Positions 51,613 to 64,000 of a stretch of 64,000 bases of DNA are shown here, piece by piece. The DNA is from Eledone cirrhosa (taxonomy: Eukaryota). The position numbers and the translations under genes are program-made. The stretch lies in contig OZ024740.1 of NCBI GenBank assembly GCA_964016885.1, forward strand, positions 32,116,001 through 32,180,000. The letters are read 5' to 3'. Below the pieces are notes generated by a model. It saw nothing but the letters and a program-made list of their open reading frames with translations, was not told the origin of the DNA and searched no databases. Each line of letters starts with the position of its first letter. The stretch's first letter is position 1.

Positions 51613-52263
51613 CTTAGTCCCTACATGACAGTTGCTTTGTATTGTACTTGATAGCTTGACTGTTATTGTTTGAGTTATATAGAATGGTGTGTGTGTATGT
51701 GTGGGGGGTTTCTTGGTAAGTTTGTTGCATATCCTGAAGCAGTTTGTGACATTGCTCAACAGAAACGCGAAAGTAATCCTAATTTCCATCACACAAGCTT
51801 TGTCTTGCGTCAGTTCCAACCAACTACCGTACATACTCGAATATAAGCCAACTGCTCTATTCTATGTGTGAGAAATAGGCAAAAATCCATATCCCATTTA
51901 TAAGCCAATACAGCTAATCAGGACATTGTTTAGATGGCGTATATAAGCCCTCCATCACACATTTTACCATTGATTGTTTAGTCACATATTCCTCAGCTTA
52001 TATTTGGGTATATTTGGTAATTCAGAAAACATCATCAAAGAAAATTTAGGAGTTAACTATCTCATGAATGAAAGATAATCTCGACTGAATTGCATAGTAT
52101 CTCCTTCCCATTCTAATGTCTGATTGGAGAGATGTTATCAGACATTAGATTGGGAAGGAGATACTATCAGCCAATGTCTGGGTATTTTAAAACTTAGTGG
52201 AGCCCATCTATCCAGGTCGGAATACAGCAGATTTCTTCCATAGGACAGAGAGTGAGAAAGAGA

Positions 52264-54458
52264 TGTAGCGCTCTCTAGACAGGAAGTAGTTGGAGTTACT
52301 TCCCGTTGAGGTTGCAGAGCCTTCTTTGTGACTTCCATCCAGGGAACTATAAAGGAGAGAGCTGAAAGCTATCTCCCTCTCTTTTCACCTTTTGGCTGCT
52401 GGTCTTCGGCCAGGCGCGTTCCGCCGAAGGTATAGTCTCTCGCTTGCTGACTTCAAAAAGGTAAACAACTAACTTTCTTTCGTCGTGGAATCACTAGCCA
52501 ACATGTAACACAACAACTTAACCATGGCCTGGCAACATCTCCGCCAGTAGACCGTGCCTCCTTAATTCGTTCTTTCATCTCTCTTGGCATGTCAACTATT
52601 CAGCTCTACTCAGCTCAAACTTCGTAAATAAATATCGTAATTACAACAGTGATTTGTTATAATTGGTGACCTCAAGAAAAATATAATAGTATTTGGTGGT
52701 GTGTGAATATAAAAAAAAAAGAAAAAATTCCTCTAACAACATTCCACATGGATTTTGTCTACAACGAAAAATAGAAGTAATCTTTTCCTCAGCAGCAAAC
52801 AAACAAGAAAATATTTCGCTTTTCACCTCACGTGTTTACATCGTTTAAGTGTGTTTCACTTACTGGGTATATCCTTCGTTCTTCTCACAACTAACAATCA
52901 AAAAGACTTGGGGCTCCTGTATTCTTATATTCAACATGTCAATTTTGATGAACATCACAGCTCGCTTACTCATTCAACTAAGCCTTTTTCGCTACTTTTT
53001 CATCACTTTCAAAAAAAAATTGAACTCTCGCCATATTTGTTATACAAAGTGAATATAGCCTTTCCTTCTTTTTCATCATATTATCACGTTCACACACAAA
53101 TTTTTCAAAATGGCTGCCAACGACCTGTTCCACTGTCATTTTCGCGCCATTTTCTCGCGCAAAAGAAATATATATAGTTTTTTATTCAACTTGAGTTTAA
53201 CCTTGTTTCGGCACGTGTGGGAGCACACATCTCGACTCACTGAGATAACACACGCCATAGATAATGTTTCTTGCCAAGGATTCTCCAGCCTTAAGCTATA
53301 TTCTCCTATTTGCCGGTTTAAAAATTTACCTCGTAAATTTGCCGTTGAAAACTGCGCATTTATTCAGAATGCTTATTTCTATGGTCGTTGGCCTCTTGAC
53401 CCATCCAGGTCAACGCGTTCTCAATATTGACCATCAACTTTGGCTGTTATTTCTAGCACTTTGCGCAACTCATTTTTTCTGGGAAACTTTTTACTGTGAT
53501 TTGAAACAACTTTGAAAGAGTTATCTCACTCCGCGAGATAACAACAACACAGCTTCATCTTTGCTTTATCAACAACCAAAACCAGCAGAACAAAACAGAG
53601 AATTTATTTTTGCAGCACTCTTCCTGTGAGAAAATCCCACTGCCTTCGGAGGTTGGGAATTTCACGTTGTACCACAGTCCAGAAACCACCTGCATACATT
53701 CTCTGGAGGACACACTCTCTTTCCTGCTGACATGTGCTTACATACCTGTGAACTTTATTTTTGAACATTTGAACTTTTTTAATAACTATGTTTGAGCACG
53801 TTTCTTTGCTCCTTTGACCTCTTCTTTTAGGTTGATTACATTGTATCTTTCTGTGATGGATAGATAGATGTCCAGTGGTTCTCTGGCCAAGAGCGGTTGG
53901 CTACCTTGATATCTATCATTAATTTTTGCATGCTCATTTTGCTATTTGCTTGCTCATGTTTTGTTCATTCATGTTCTTGTACCTTTTGCCTTGCTCCTCG
54001 TGTTCTCGCTACAATGATTTCATTTGGTCATTCGACTTCTCGTCTGGGAGGGGAGTCCTGTAGCGCTCTCTAGACAGGAAGTAGCTGGAGTTACTTCCCG
54101 TTGAGGTTGCAGAGCCTTCTTTGTGACTTCCATCCGGGTAACTATAAAGGAGAGAGCTGAAAGCTATCTCCCTCTCTTTTCACCTTTTGGCTGCTGGTCT
54201 TCGGCCAGGCGCGTTCCGCCGAAGGTATAGTCTCTCGCTTGCTGACTTCAAAAAGGTAAACAACTAACTTTCTTTCATCGTGGAATCACTAGCCAACATG
54301 TAACACAACAACTTAACCATGGCCTGGCAACATCTCCGCCAGTAGGCCGTGCCTCCTTAATTCGTTCTTTCATCTCTCTTGGCATGTCAACTATTCAGCT
54401 CTACTCAGCTCAAACTTCGTAAATAAATATCGTACATACAACCCAGTGTCCTGTTATA
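52264..54458 (+). mobile_element. Complete non-autonomous LTR retroelement
   Basis: Near-identical LTRs at 52264-52661 and 54059-54458 (TG..TA); PBS TGGTGACC at 52664; PPT GGGAGGGGAG before the 3' LTR; 4-bp TSD GAGA. No gag/pol motifs recognised in the 1.4-kb interior. Confidence 0.9.
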
Positions 54459-54692
54459 GAGATATAGAGGAAGAAATGGCCCCAGTACTGGACCGGTATT
54501 ATATATCTATGTATGAATGGTACTGTAACTCCTAAGATAGTCGTAGGGGTGCCATAGTGACATACAGCTTTTCGAGGGTATTTTTTAAACCATTTTCTCT
54601 CCATGTCTGAATACAGCAGATTTCTTCCAGAGAGAGATAGAAAGTGTAGAAAGAGATATAGCGGCAGAATCGACCTCAGTACTGGCCTGGTA

Positions 54693-57600
54693 CTAATATC
54701 TGACAGTAACTCCTTCCCAATCTAATATCTGACAGTAACTCCTTCCCAATGTAATATCTGATAGTATCTCCTTCCCAATCTAATGTCTGATAGTATCCCC
54801 TTCCCAATCTAATATTTGATAGTATCTCCTTCCCAATCTAATGTCTGACAGTGACTCCTTCCCAATGTAATATCTGATAGTATCTCCTTCCCAATCTAAT
54901 GTCTGATAGTATCTCCTTCCCAATCTAATATCTGATAGTATCTCCTTCCCAATCTAATATCTGATAGTATCTCCTTCCCAATCTAATATCTGATAGTATC
55001 TCCTTCCCAATCTAATATCTGATAGTATCTCCTTCCCAATCTAATATCTGATAGTATCTCCTTCCCAATCTAATATCTGATAGTATCTCCTTCCCAATCT
55101 AATGTCTGATAGTATCTCCTTCCCAATGTAATATCTGATAGTATCTCCTTCCCAATCTAATATCTGATAATATCTCCTTCCCAATCTAATGTCTGACAGT
55201 AACTCCTTCCCAATGTAATGTCTGATAGTATCTCCTTCCCAATCTAATATCTGATAGTATCTCCTTCCCAATCTAATGTCTGATAGTATCTCCTTCCCAA
55301 TCTAATATCTGACAGTAACTCCTTCCCATTCTAATATCTGATAGTATCTCCTTCTCAATGTAATATCTGATAGTATCTCCTTCCCAATCTAATATCTGAT
55401 AGTATCTCCTTCTCAATGTAATATCTGATAGTATCTCCTTCCCATTCTAATATCTGATAGTATCTCCTTCCCAATGTAATATCTGATAGTATCTCCTTCC
55501 CAATCTAATATCTGATAGTATCCCCTTCCCAATCTAATGTCTGATAGTATCTCCTTCCCAATCTAATATCTGATAGTAACTCCTTCCCAATCTAATGTCT
55601 GACAGTATCTCCTTCCCAATCTAATATCTGACAGTAACTCCTTCCCAATCTAATATCTGATAGTATCTCCTTCCCAATGTAATATCTGATAGTATCTCCT
55701 TCCCAATCTAATATATGATAGTATCCCATTCCCAATCTAATGTCTGATAGTATCTCCTTCCCAATCTAATATCTGATAGTATCTCCTTTCCAATCTAATG
55801 TCTGACAGTAACTCCTTCCCATTCTAATATCTGATAGTAACTCCTTCCCAATCTAATATCTGACAGTAACTCCTTCCCAATCTAATATCTGACAGTATCT
55901 CCTTCACAATCTAATGTCTGATAGTAACTCCTTCCCAATCTAATGTCTGATAGTATCTCCTTCCCAATCTAATATCTGACAGTATCTCCTTCCCATTCTA
56001 ATATCTGACAGTATCTCCTTTCCAATCTAATATCTGATAGTATCTCCTTCGCAATCTAATGTCTGATAGTATCTCCTTCCCAATCTAATATCTGATAGTA
56101 TCTCCTTCCCAATCTAATATCTGACAGTAACTCCTTCCCAATGTAATATCTGATAGTACCTCCTTCCCAATCTAATGTCTGATAGTATCCCCTTCCCATT
56201 CTAATATCTGATAGTATCTCCTTCCCAATCTAATATCTGATAGTATCTCCTTCCCAATCTAATGTCTGACAGTAACTCCTTCCCAATGTAATATCTGATA
56301 GTATCTCCTTCCCAATCTAATATCTGATAGTAACTCCTTCCCATTCTAATATCTGACAGTAACTCCTTCCCAATCTAATATCTGACAGTATCTCCTTCAC
56401 AATCTAATATCTGATAGTAACTCCTTCCCAATCTAATGTCTGATAGTATCTCCTTCCCAATCTAATGTCTGACAGTAACTCCTTCCCATTCTAATATCTG
56501 ATAGTATCTCCTTCCCAATCTAATGTCTGATAGTATCTCCTTCCCAATCTAATATCTGACAGTATCTCCTTCCCAATCTAATGTCTGATAGTATCTCCTC
56601 ATTCTAATATCTGATAGTATCTCCTTCCCAATCTAATGTCTGATAGTATCTCCTTCCCAATCTAATATCTGACAGTAACTCCTTCCCAATCTAATATCTG
56701 ATAGTATCTCCTTCCCAATCTAATGTCTCATAGTATCTCCTTTCCATTCTAATATCTGATAGTATCTCCTTCCCATTCTAATATCTGATAGTATCTCCTT
56801 CCCAATCTAATATCTGACAGTAACTCCTTCCCAATCTAATATCTGACAGTAACTCCTTCCCAGTGTAATATCTGATAGTAACTCCTTCCCATTCTAATAT
56901 CTGATAGTAACTCCTTCCCATTCTAATATCTGATAGTATCCCCTTCCCAATCTAATGTCTGATAGTATCTCCTTCCCAATCTAATATCTGACAGTAACTC
57001 CTTCCCAATCTAATATCTGATAGTATCTCCTTCCCAATCTAATATCTGATAGTATCTCCTTCCCAATCTAATGTCTGATAGTATCTCCTTCCCATTCTAA
57101 TATCTGACAGTATCTCCTTCCCATTCTAATATCTGACAGTATCTCCTTCCCATTCTAATATCTGATAGTATCTCCTTCCCAATCTAATGTCTGACAGTAA
57201 CTCCTTCCCAATCTAATATCTGATAGTATCTCCTTCCCAATCTAATGTCTGATAGTATCTCCTTCCCATTCTAATATCTGACAGTATCTCCTTCCCATTC
57301 TAATATCTGACAGTATCTCCTTCCCAATCTAATATCTGATAGTATCTCCTTCCCAATCTAATGTCTGATAGTATCTCCTTCCCAATCTAATATCTGATAG
57401 TATCTCCGTCCCAATCTAATATCTGATAGTATCTCCTTCCCAATCTAATGTCTGACAGTATCTCCTTCCCATTCTAATATCTGACTAACTCCTTCCGAAT
57501 GTAATATCTGATAGTAACTCCTTCCCAATCTAATGTCTGATAGTATCTCCTTCTCAATCTAATATCTGACAGTAACTCCTTCCCAATCTAATATCTGATA

Positions 57601-60600
57601 GTATCTCCTTCCCAATCTAATGTCTGACAGTATCTCCTTCCCAATCTAATATCTGATAGTATCTCCTTCCCAATCTAATATCTGATAGTAACTCCTTCCC
57701 AATCTAATATCTGACAGTAACTCCTTACCAATGTAATATCTGATAGTATCTCCTTCCCAATCTAATGTCTGATAGTATCCCCTTCCCATTCTAATATCTG
57801 ATAGTATCTCCTTCCCAATCTAATATCTGATAGTATCTCCTTCCCAATCTAATGTCTGACAGTAACTCCTTCCCAATGTAATATCTGATAGTATCTCCTT
57901 CCCAATCTAATATCTGATAGTAACTCCTTCCCATTCTAATATCTGACAGTAACTCCTTCCCAATCTAATATCTGACAGTATCTCCTTCACAATCTAATAT
58001 CTGATAGTAACTCCTTCCCAATCTAATGTCTGATAGTATCTCCTTCCCAATCTAATGTCTGACAGTAACTCCTTCCCATTCTAATATCTGATAGTATCTC
58101 CTTCCCAATCTAATGTCTGATAGTATCTCCTTCCCAATCTAATATCTGACAGTATCTCCTTCCCAATCTAATGTCTGATAGTATCTCCTTCTCATTCTAA
58201 TATCTGATAGTATCTCCTTCCCAATCTAATGTCTGATAGTATCTCCTTCCCAATCTAATATCTGACAGTAACTCCTTCCCAATCTAATATCTGATAGTAT
58301 CTCCTTCCCAAACTAATGTCTGATAGTATCTCCTTTCCATTCTAATATCTGATAGTATCTCCTTCCCATTCTAATATCTGATAGTATCTCCTTCCCAATC
58401 TAATATCTGACAGTAACTCCTTCCCAATCTAATATCTGACAGTAACTCCTTACCAGTGTAATATCTGATAGTAACTCCTTCCCATTCTAATATCTGATAG
58501 TAACTCCTTCCCATTCTAATATCTGATAGTATCCCCTTCCCAATCTAATGTCTGATAGTATCTCCTTCCCAATCTAATATCTGACAGTAACTCCTTCCCA
58601 ATCTAATGTCTGATAGTATCTCCTTCCCAATGTAATATCTGATAGTATCTCCTTCCCAATCTAATATCTGATAGTATCTCCTTCCCAATCTAATGTCTGA
58701 CAGTAACTCCTTCCCAATGTAATGTCTGATAGTATCTCCTTCCCAATCTAATATCTGATAGTATCTCCTTCCCAATCTAATGTCTGATAGTATCTCCTTC
58801 CCAATCTAATATCTGACAGTAACTCCTTCCCATTCTAATATCTGATAGTATCTCCTTCTCAATGTAATATCTGATAGTATCTCCTTCCCAATCTAATATC
58901 TGATAGTATCTCCTTCTCAATGTAATATCTGATAGTATCTCCTTCCCATTCTAATATCTGATAGTATCTCCTTCCCAATGTAATATCTGATAGTATCTCC
59001 TTCCCAATCTAATATCTGATAGTATCCCCTTCCCAATCTAATGTCTGATAGTATCTCCTTCCCAATCTAATATCTGATAGTAACTCCTTCCCAATCTAAT
59101 GTCTGACAGTATCTCCTTCCCAATCTAATATCTGACAGTAACTCCTTCCCAATCTAATATCTGATAGTATCTCCTTCCCAATGTAATATCTGATAGTATC
59201 TCCTTCCCAATCTAATATATGATAGTATCCCATTCCCAATCTAATGTCTGATAGTATCTCCTTCCCAATCTAATATCTGATAGTATCTCCTTTCCAATCT
59301 AATGTCTGACAGTAACTCCTTCCCATTCTAATATCTGATAGTAACTCCTTCCCAATCTAATATCTGACAGTAACTCCTTCCCAATCTAATATCTGACAGT
59401 ATCTCCTTCCCAATCTAATGTCTGATAGTATCTCCTTCCCAATCTAATATCTGACAGTATCTCCTTCCCATTCTAATATCTGACAGTATCTCCTTTCCAA
59501 TCTAATATCTGATAGTATCTCCTTCGCAATCTAATGTCTGATAGTATCTCCTTCCCAATCTAATATCTGATAGTATCTCCTTCCCAATCTAATATCTGAC
59601 AGTAACTCCTTCCCAATGTAATATCTGATAGTACCTCCTTCCCAATCTAATGTCTGATAGTATCCCCTTCCCATTCTAATATCTGATAGTATCTCCTTCC
59701 CAATCTAATATCTGATAGTATCTCCTTCCCAATCTAATGTCTGACAGTAACTCCTTCCCAATGTAATATCTGATAGTATCTCCTTCCCAATCTAATATCT
59801 GATAGTAACTCCTTCCCATTCTAATATCTGACAGTAACTCCTTCCCAATCTAATATCTGACAGTATCTCCTTCACAATCTAATATCTGATAGTAACTCCT
59901 TCCCAATCTAATGTCTGATAGCATCTCCTTCCCAATCTAATGTCTGACAGTAACTCCTTCCCATTCTAATATCTGATAGTATCTCCTTCCCAATCTAATG
60001 TCTGATAGTATCTCCTTCCCAATCTAATATCTGACAGTATCTCCTTCCCAATCTAATGTCTGATAGTATCTCCTCATTCTAATATCTGATAGTATCTCCT
60101 TCCCAATCTAATGTCTGATAGTATCTCCTTCCCAATCTAATATCTGACAGTAACTCCTTCCCAATCTAATATCTGATAGTATCTCCTTCCCAATCTAATG
60201 TCTCATAGTATCTCCTTTCCATTCTAATATCTGATAGTATCTCCTTCCCATTCTAATATCTGATAGTATCTCCTTCCCAATCTAATATCTGACAGTAACT
60301 CCTTCCCAATCTAATATCTGACAGTAACTCCTTCCCAGTGTAATATCTGATAGTAACTCCTTCCCATTCTAATATCTGATAGTAACTCCTTCCCATTCTA
60401 ATATCTGATAGTATCCCCTTCCCAATCTAATGTCTGATAGTATCTCCTTCCCAATCTAATATCTGACAGTAACTCCTTCCCAATCTAATATCTGATAGTA
60501 TCTCCTTCCCAATCTAATGCCTGATAGTATCTCCTTCCCAATCTAATGTCTGATAGTATCTCCTTCCCATTCTAATATCTGACAGTATCTCCTTCCCATT

Positions 60601-63600
60601 CTAATATCTGACAGTATCTCCTTCCCAATCTAATATCTGATAGTATCTCCTTCCCAATCTAATGTCTGATAGTATCTCCTTCCCAATCTAATATCTGATA
60701 GTATCTCCTTCCCAATCTAATATCTGATAGTATCTCCTTCCCAATCTAATGTCTGACAGTATCTCCTTCCCATTCTAATATCTGACTAACTCCTTCCCAA
60801 TGTAATATCTGATAGTAACTCCTTCCCAATCTAATGTCTGATAGTATCTCCTTCTCAATCTAATATCTGACAGTAACTCCTTCCCAATCTAATATCTGAT
60901 AGTATCTCCTTCCCAATCTAATGTCTGACAGTATCTCCTTCCCAATCTAATATCTGATAGTATCTCCTTCCCAATCTAATATCTGATAGTAACTCCTTCC
61001 CAATCTAATATCTGACAGTAACTCCTTACCAATGTAATATCTGATAGTATCTCCTTCCCAATCTAATGTCTGATAGTATCCCCTTCCCATTCTAATATCT
61101 GATAGTATCTCCTTCCCAATCTAATATCTGATAGTATCTCCTTCCCAATCTAATGTCTGACAGTAACTCCTTCCCAATGTAATATCTGATAGTATCTCCT
61201 TCCCAATCTAATATCTGATAGTAACTCCTTCCCAATCTAATGTCTGATAGTATCTCCTTCCCAATCTAATGTCTGACAGTAACTCCTTCCCATTCTAATA
61301 TCTGATAGTATCTCCTTCCCAATCTAATGTCTGATAGTATCTCCTTCCCAATCTAATATCTGACAGTATCTCCTTCCCAATCTAATGTCTGATAGTATCT
61401 CCTTCTCATTCTAATATCTGATAGTATCTCCTTCCCAATCTAATGTCTGATAGTATCTCCTTCCCAATCTAATATCTGACAGTAACTCCTTCCCAATCTA
61501 ATATCTGATAGTATCTCCTTCCCAAACTAATGTCTGATAGTATCTCCTTTCCATTCTAATATCTGATAGTATCTCCTTCCCATTCTAATATCTGATAGTA
61601 TCTCCTTCCCAATCTAATATCTGACAGTAACTCCTTCCCAATCTAATATCTGACAGTAACTCCTTACCAGTGTAATATCTGATAGTAACTCCTTCCCATT
61701 CTAATATCTGATAGTAACTCCTTCCCATTCTAATATCTGATAGTATCCCCTTCCCAATCTAATGTCTGATAGTATCTCCTTCCCAATCTAATATCTGACA
61801 GTAACTCCTTCCCAATCTAATGTCTGATAGTATCTCCTTCCCAATGTAATATCTGATAGTATCTCCTTCCCAATCTAATATCTGATAGTATCTCCTTCCC
61901 AATCTAATGTCTGACAGTAACTCCTTCCCAATGTAATGTCTGATAGTATCTCCTTCCCAATCTAATATCTGATAGTATCTCCTTCCCAATCTAATGTCTG
62001 ATAGTATCTCCTTCCCAATCTAATATCTGACAGTAACTCCTTCCCATTCTAATATCTGATAGTATCTCCTTCTCAATGTAATATCTGATAGTATCTCCTT
62101 CCCAATCTAATATCTGATAGTATCTCCTTCTCAATGTAATATCTGATAGTATCTCCTTCCCATTCTAATATCTGATAGTATCTCCTTCCCAATGTAATAT
62201 CTGATAGTATCTCCTTCCCAATCTAATATCTGATAGTATCCCCTTCCCAATCTAATGTCTGATAGTATCTCCTTCCCAATCTAATATCTGATAGTAACTC
62301 CTTCCCAATCTAATGTCTGACAGTATCTCCTTCCCAATCTAATATCTGACAGTAACTCCTTCCCAATCTAATATCTGATAGTATCTCCTTCCCAATGTAA
62401 TATCTGATAGTATCTCCTTCCCAATCTAATATATGATAGTATCCCATTCCCAATCTAATGTCTGATAGTATCTCCTTCCCAATCTAATATCTGATAGTAT
62501 CTCCTTTCCAATCTAATGTCTGACAGTAACTCCTTCCCATTCTAATATCTGATAGTAACTCCTTCCCAATCTAATATCTGACAGTAACTCCTTCCCAATC
62601 TAATATCTGACAGTATCTCCTTCACAATCTAATGTCTGATAGTAACTCCTTCCCAATCTAATGTCTGATAGTATCTCCTTCCCAATCTAATATCTGACAG
62701 TATCTCCTTCCCATTCTAATATCTGACAGTATCTCCTTTCCAATCTAATATCTGATAGTATCTCCTTCGCAATCTAATGTCTGATAGTATCTCCTTCCCA
62801 ATCTAATATCTGATAGTATCTCCTTCCCAATCTAATATCTGACAGTAACTCCTTCCCAATGTAATATCTGATAGTACCTCCTTCCCAATCTAATGTCTGA
62901 TAGTATCCCCTTCCCATTCTAATATCTGATAGTATCTCCTTCCCAATCTAATATCTGATAGTATCTCCTTCCCAATCTAATGTCTGACAGTAACTCCTTC
63001 CCAATGTAATATCTGATAGTATCTCCTTCCCAATCTAATATCTGATAGTAACTCCTTCCCATTCTAATATCTGACAGTAACTCCTTCCCAATCTAATATC
63101 TGACAGTATCTCCTTCACAATCTAATATCTGATAGTAACTCCTTCCCAATCTAATGTCTGATAGTATCTCCTTCCCAATCTAATGTCTGACAGTAACTCC
63201 TTCCCATTCTAATATCTGATAGTATCTCCTTCCCAATCTAATGTCTGATAGTATCTCCTTCCCAATCTAATATCTGACAGTATCTCCTTCCCAATCTAAT
63301 GTCTGATAGTATCTCCTCATTCTAATATCTGATAGTATCTCCTTCCCAATCTAATGTCTGATAGTATCTCCTTCCCAATCTAATATCTGACAGTAACTCC
63401 TTCCCAATCTAATATCTGATAGTATCTCCTTCCCAATCTAATGTCTCATAGTATCTCCTTTCCATTCTAATATCTGATAGTATCTCCTTCCCATTCTAAT
63501 ATCTGATAGTATCTCCTTCCCAATCTAATATCTGACAGTAACTCCTTCCCAATCTAATATCTGACAGTAACTCCTTCCCAGTGTAATATCTGATAGTAAC

Positions 63601-64000
63601 TCCTTCCCATTCTAATATCTGATAGTAACTCCTTCCCATTCTAATATCTGATAGTATCCCCTTCCCAATCTAATGTCTGATAGTATCTCCTTCCCAATCT
63701 AATATCTGACAGTAACTCCTTCCCAATCTAATATCTGATAGTATCTCCTTCCCAATCTAATATCTGATAGTATCTCCTTCCCAATCTAATGTCTGATAGT
63801 ATCTCCTTCCCATTCTAATATCTGACAGTATCTCCTTCCCATTCTAATATCTGACAGTATCTCCTTCCCATTCTAATATCTGATAGTATCTCCTTCCCAA
63901 TCTAATGTCTGACAGTAACTCCTTCCCAATCTAATATCTGATAGTATCTCCTTCCCAATCTAATGCCTGATAGTATCTCCTTCCCAATCTAATGTCTGAT
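54693..64000. repeat. 29-bp satellite array (~320 monomers, runs off the window) with higher-order repeats
   Basis: Monomer ATCTAATATCTGATAGTATCTCCTTCCCA with recurrent variants. Confidence 0.98.

Noticed and set aside
52755-53515. ORFs inside the 52264 LTR element as gag or env
   Set aside because: No zinc knuckle, capsid, protease or fusion-protein motifs recognised; short overlapping AT-rich frames.
55041-61989. Three 76-aa minus-strand ORFs (MGRRYYQILDWEGD...)
   Set aside because: Chance stop-free frames of the satellite; useful only as HOR markers.
54693-64000. CRISPR-like array of ~29-bp repeats
   Set aside because: Monomers are contiguous with no unique spacers, there are no cas genes, and the context is eukaryotic.

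Overview
AT-rich, repeat-dense eukaryotic DNA, most likely a coleoid cephalopod (Octopus-like). This is inferred from the RTE LINE, SINE and C2H2-ZNF remnants and the (TA)n/(CAT)n microsatellites. Two host genes lie on the minus strand. One is a complete three-coding-exon LLPH (LLP homolog, 132 aa; 25472-30007). The other is the first coding exon of an RNFT2/RNFT1-like gene (8146-8722). The rest is mobile DNA: RTE LINEs carrying a PHD finger inside the reverse transcriptase, hAT remnants, Helitron-like and MITE elements, CRE-type fragments, tRNA-derived SINEs, a 40-bp minisatellite, several Ty3/Gypsy LTR elements, and a terminal 9.3-kb 29-bp satellite with higher-order structure. The most unusual observations are: (1) a Gypsy family whose primer-binding site is complementary to the 5' end (nt 1-12) of tRNA-Phe rather than to a tRNA 3' end, seen in two diverged copies; (2) a 1.2-kb insertion bounded by two inverted LTRs with a 4-bp target-site duplication; (3) the PHD finger inside the RTE reverse transcriptase. 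All calls come from reading the sequence by eye; no searches were run.
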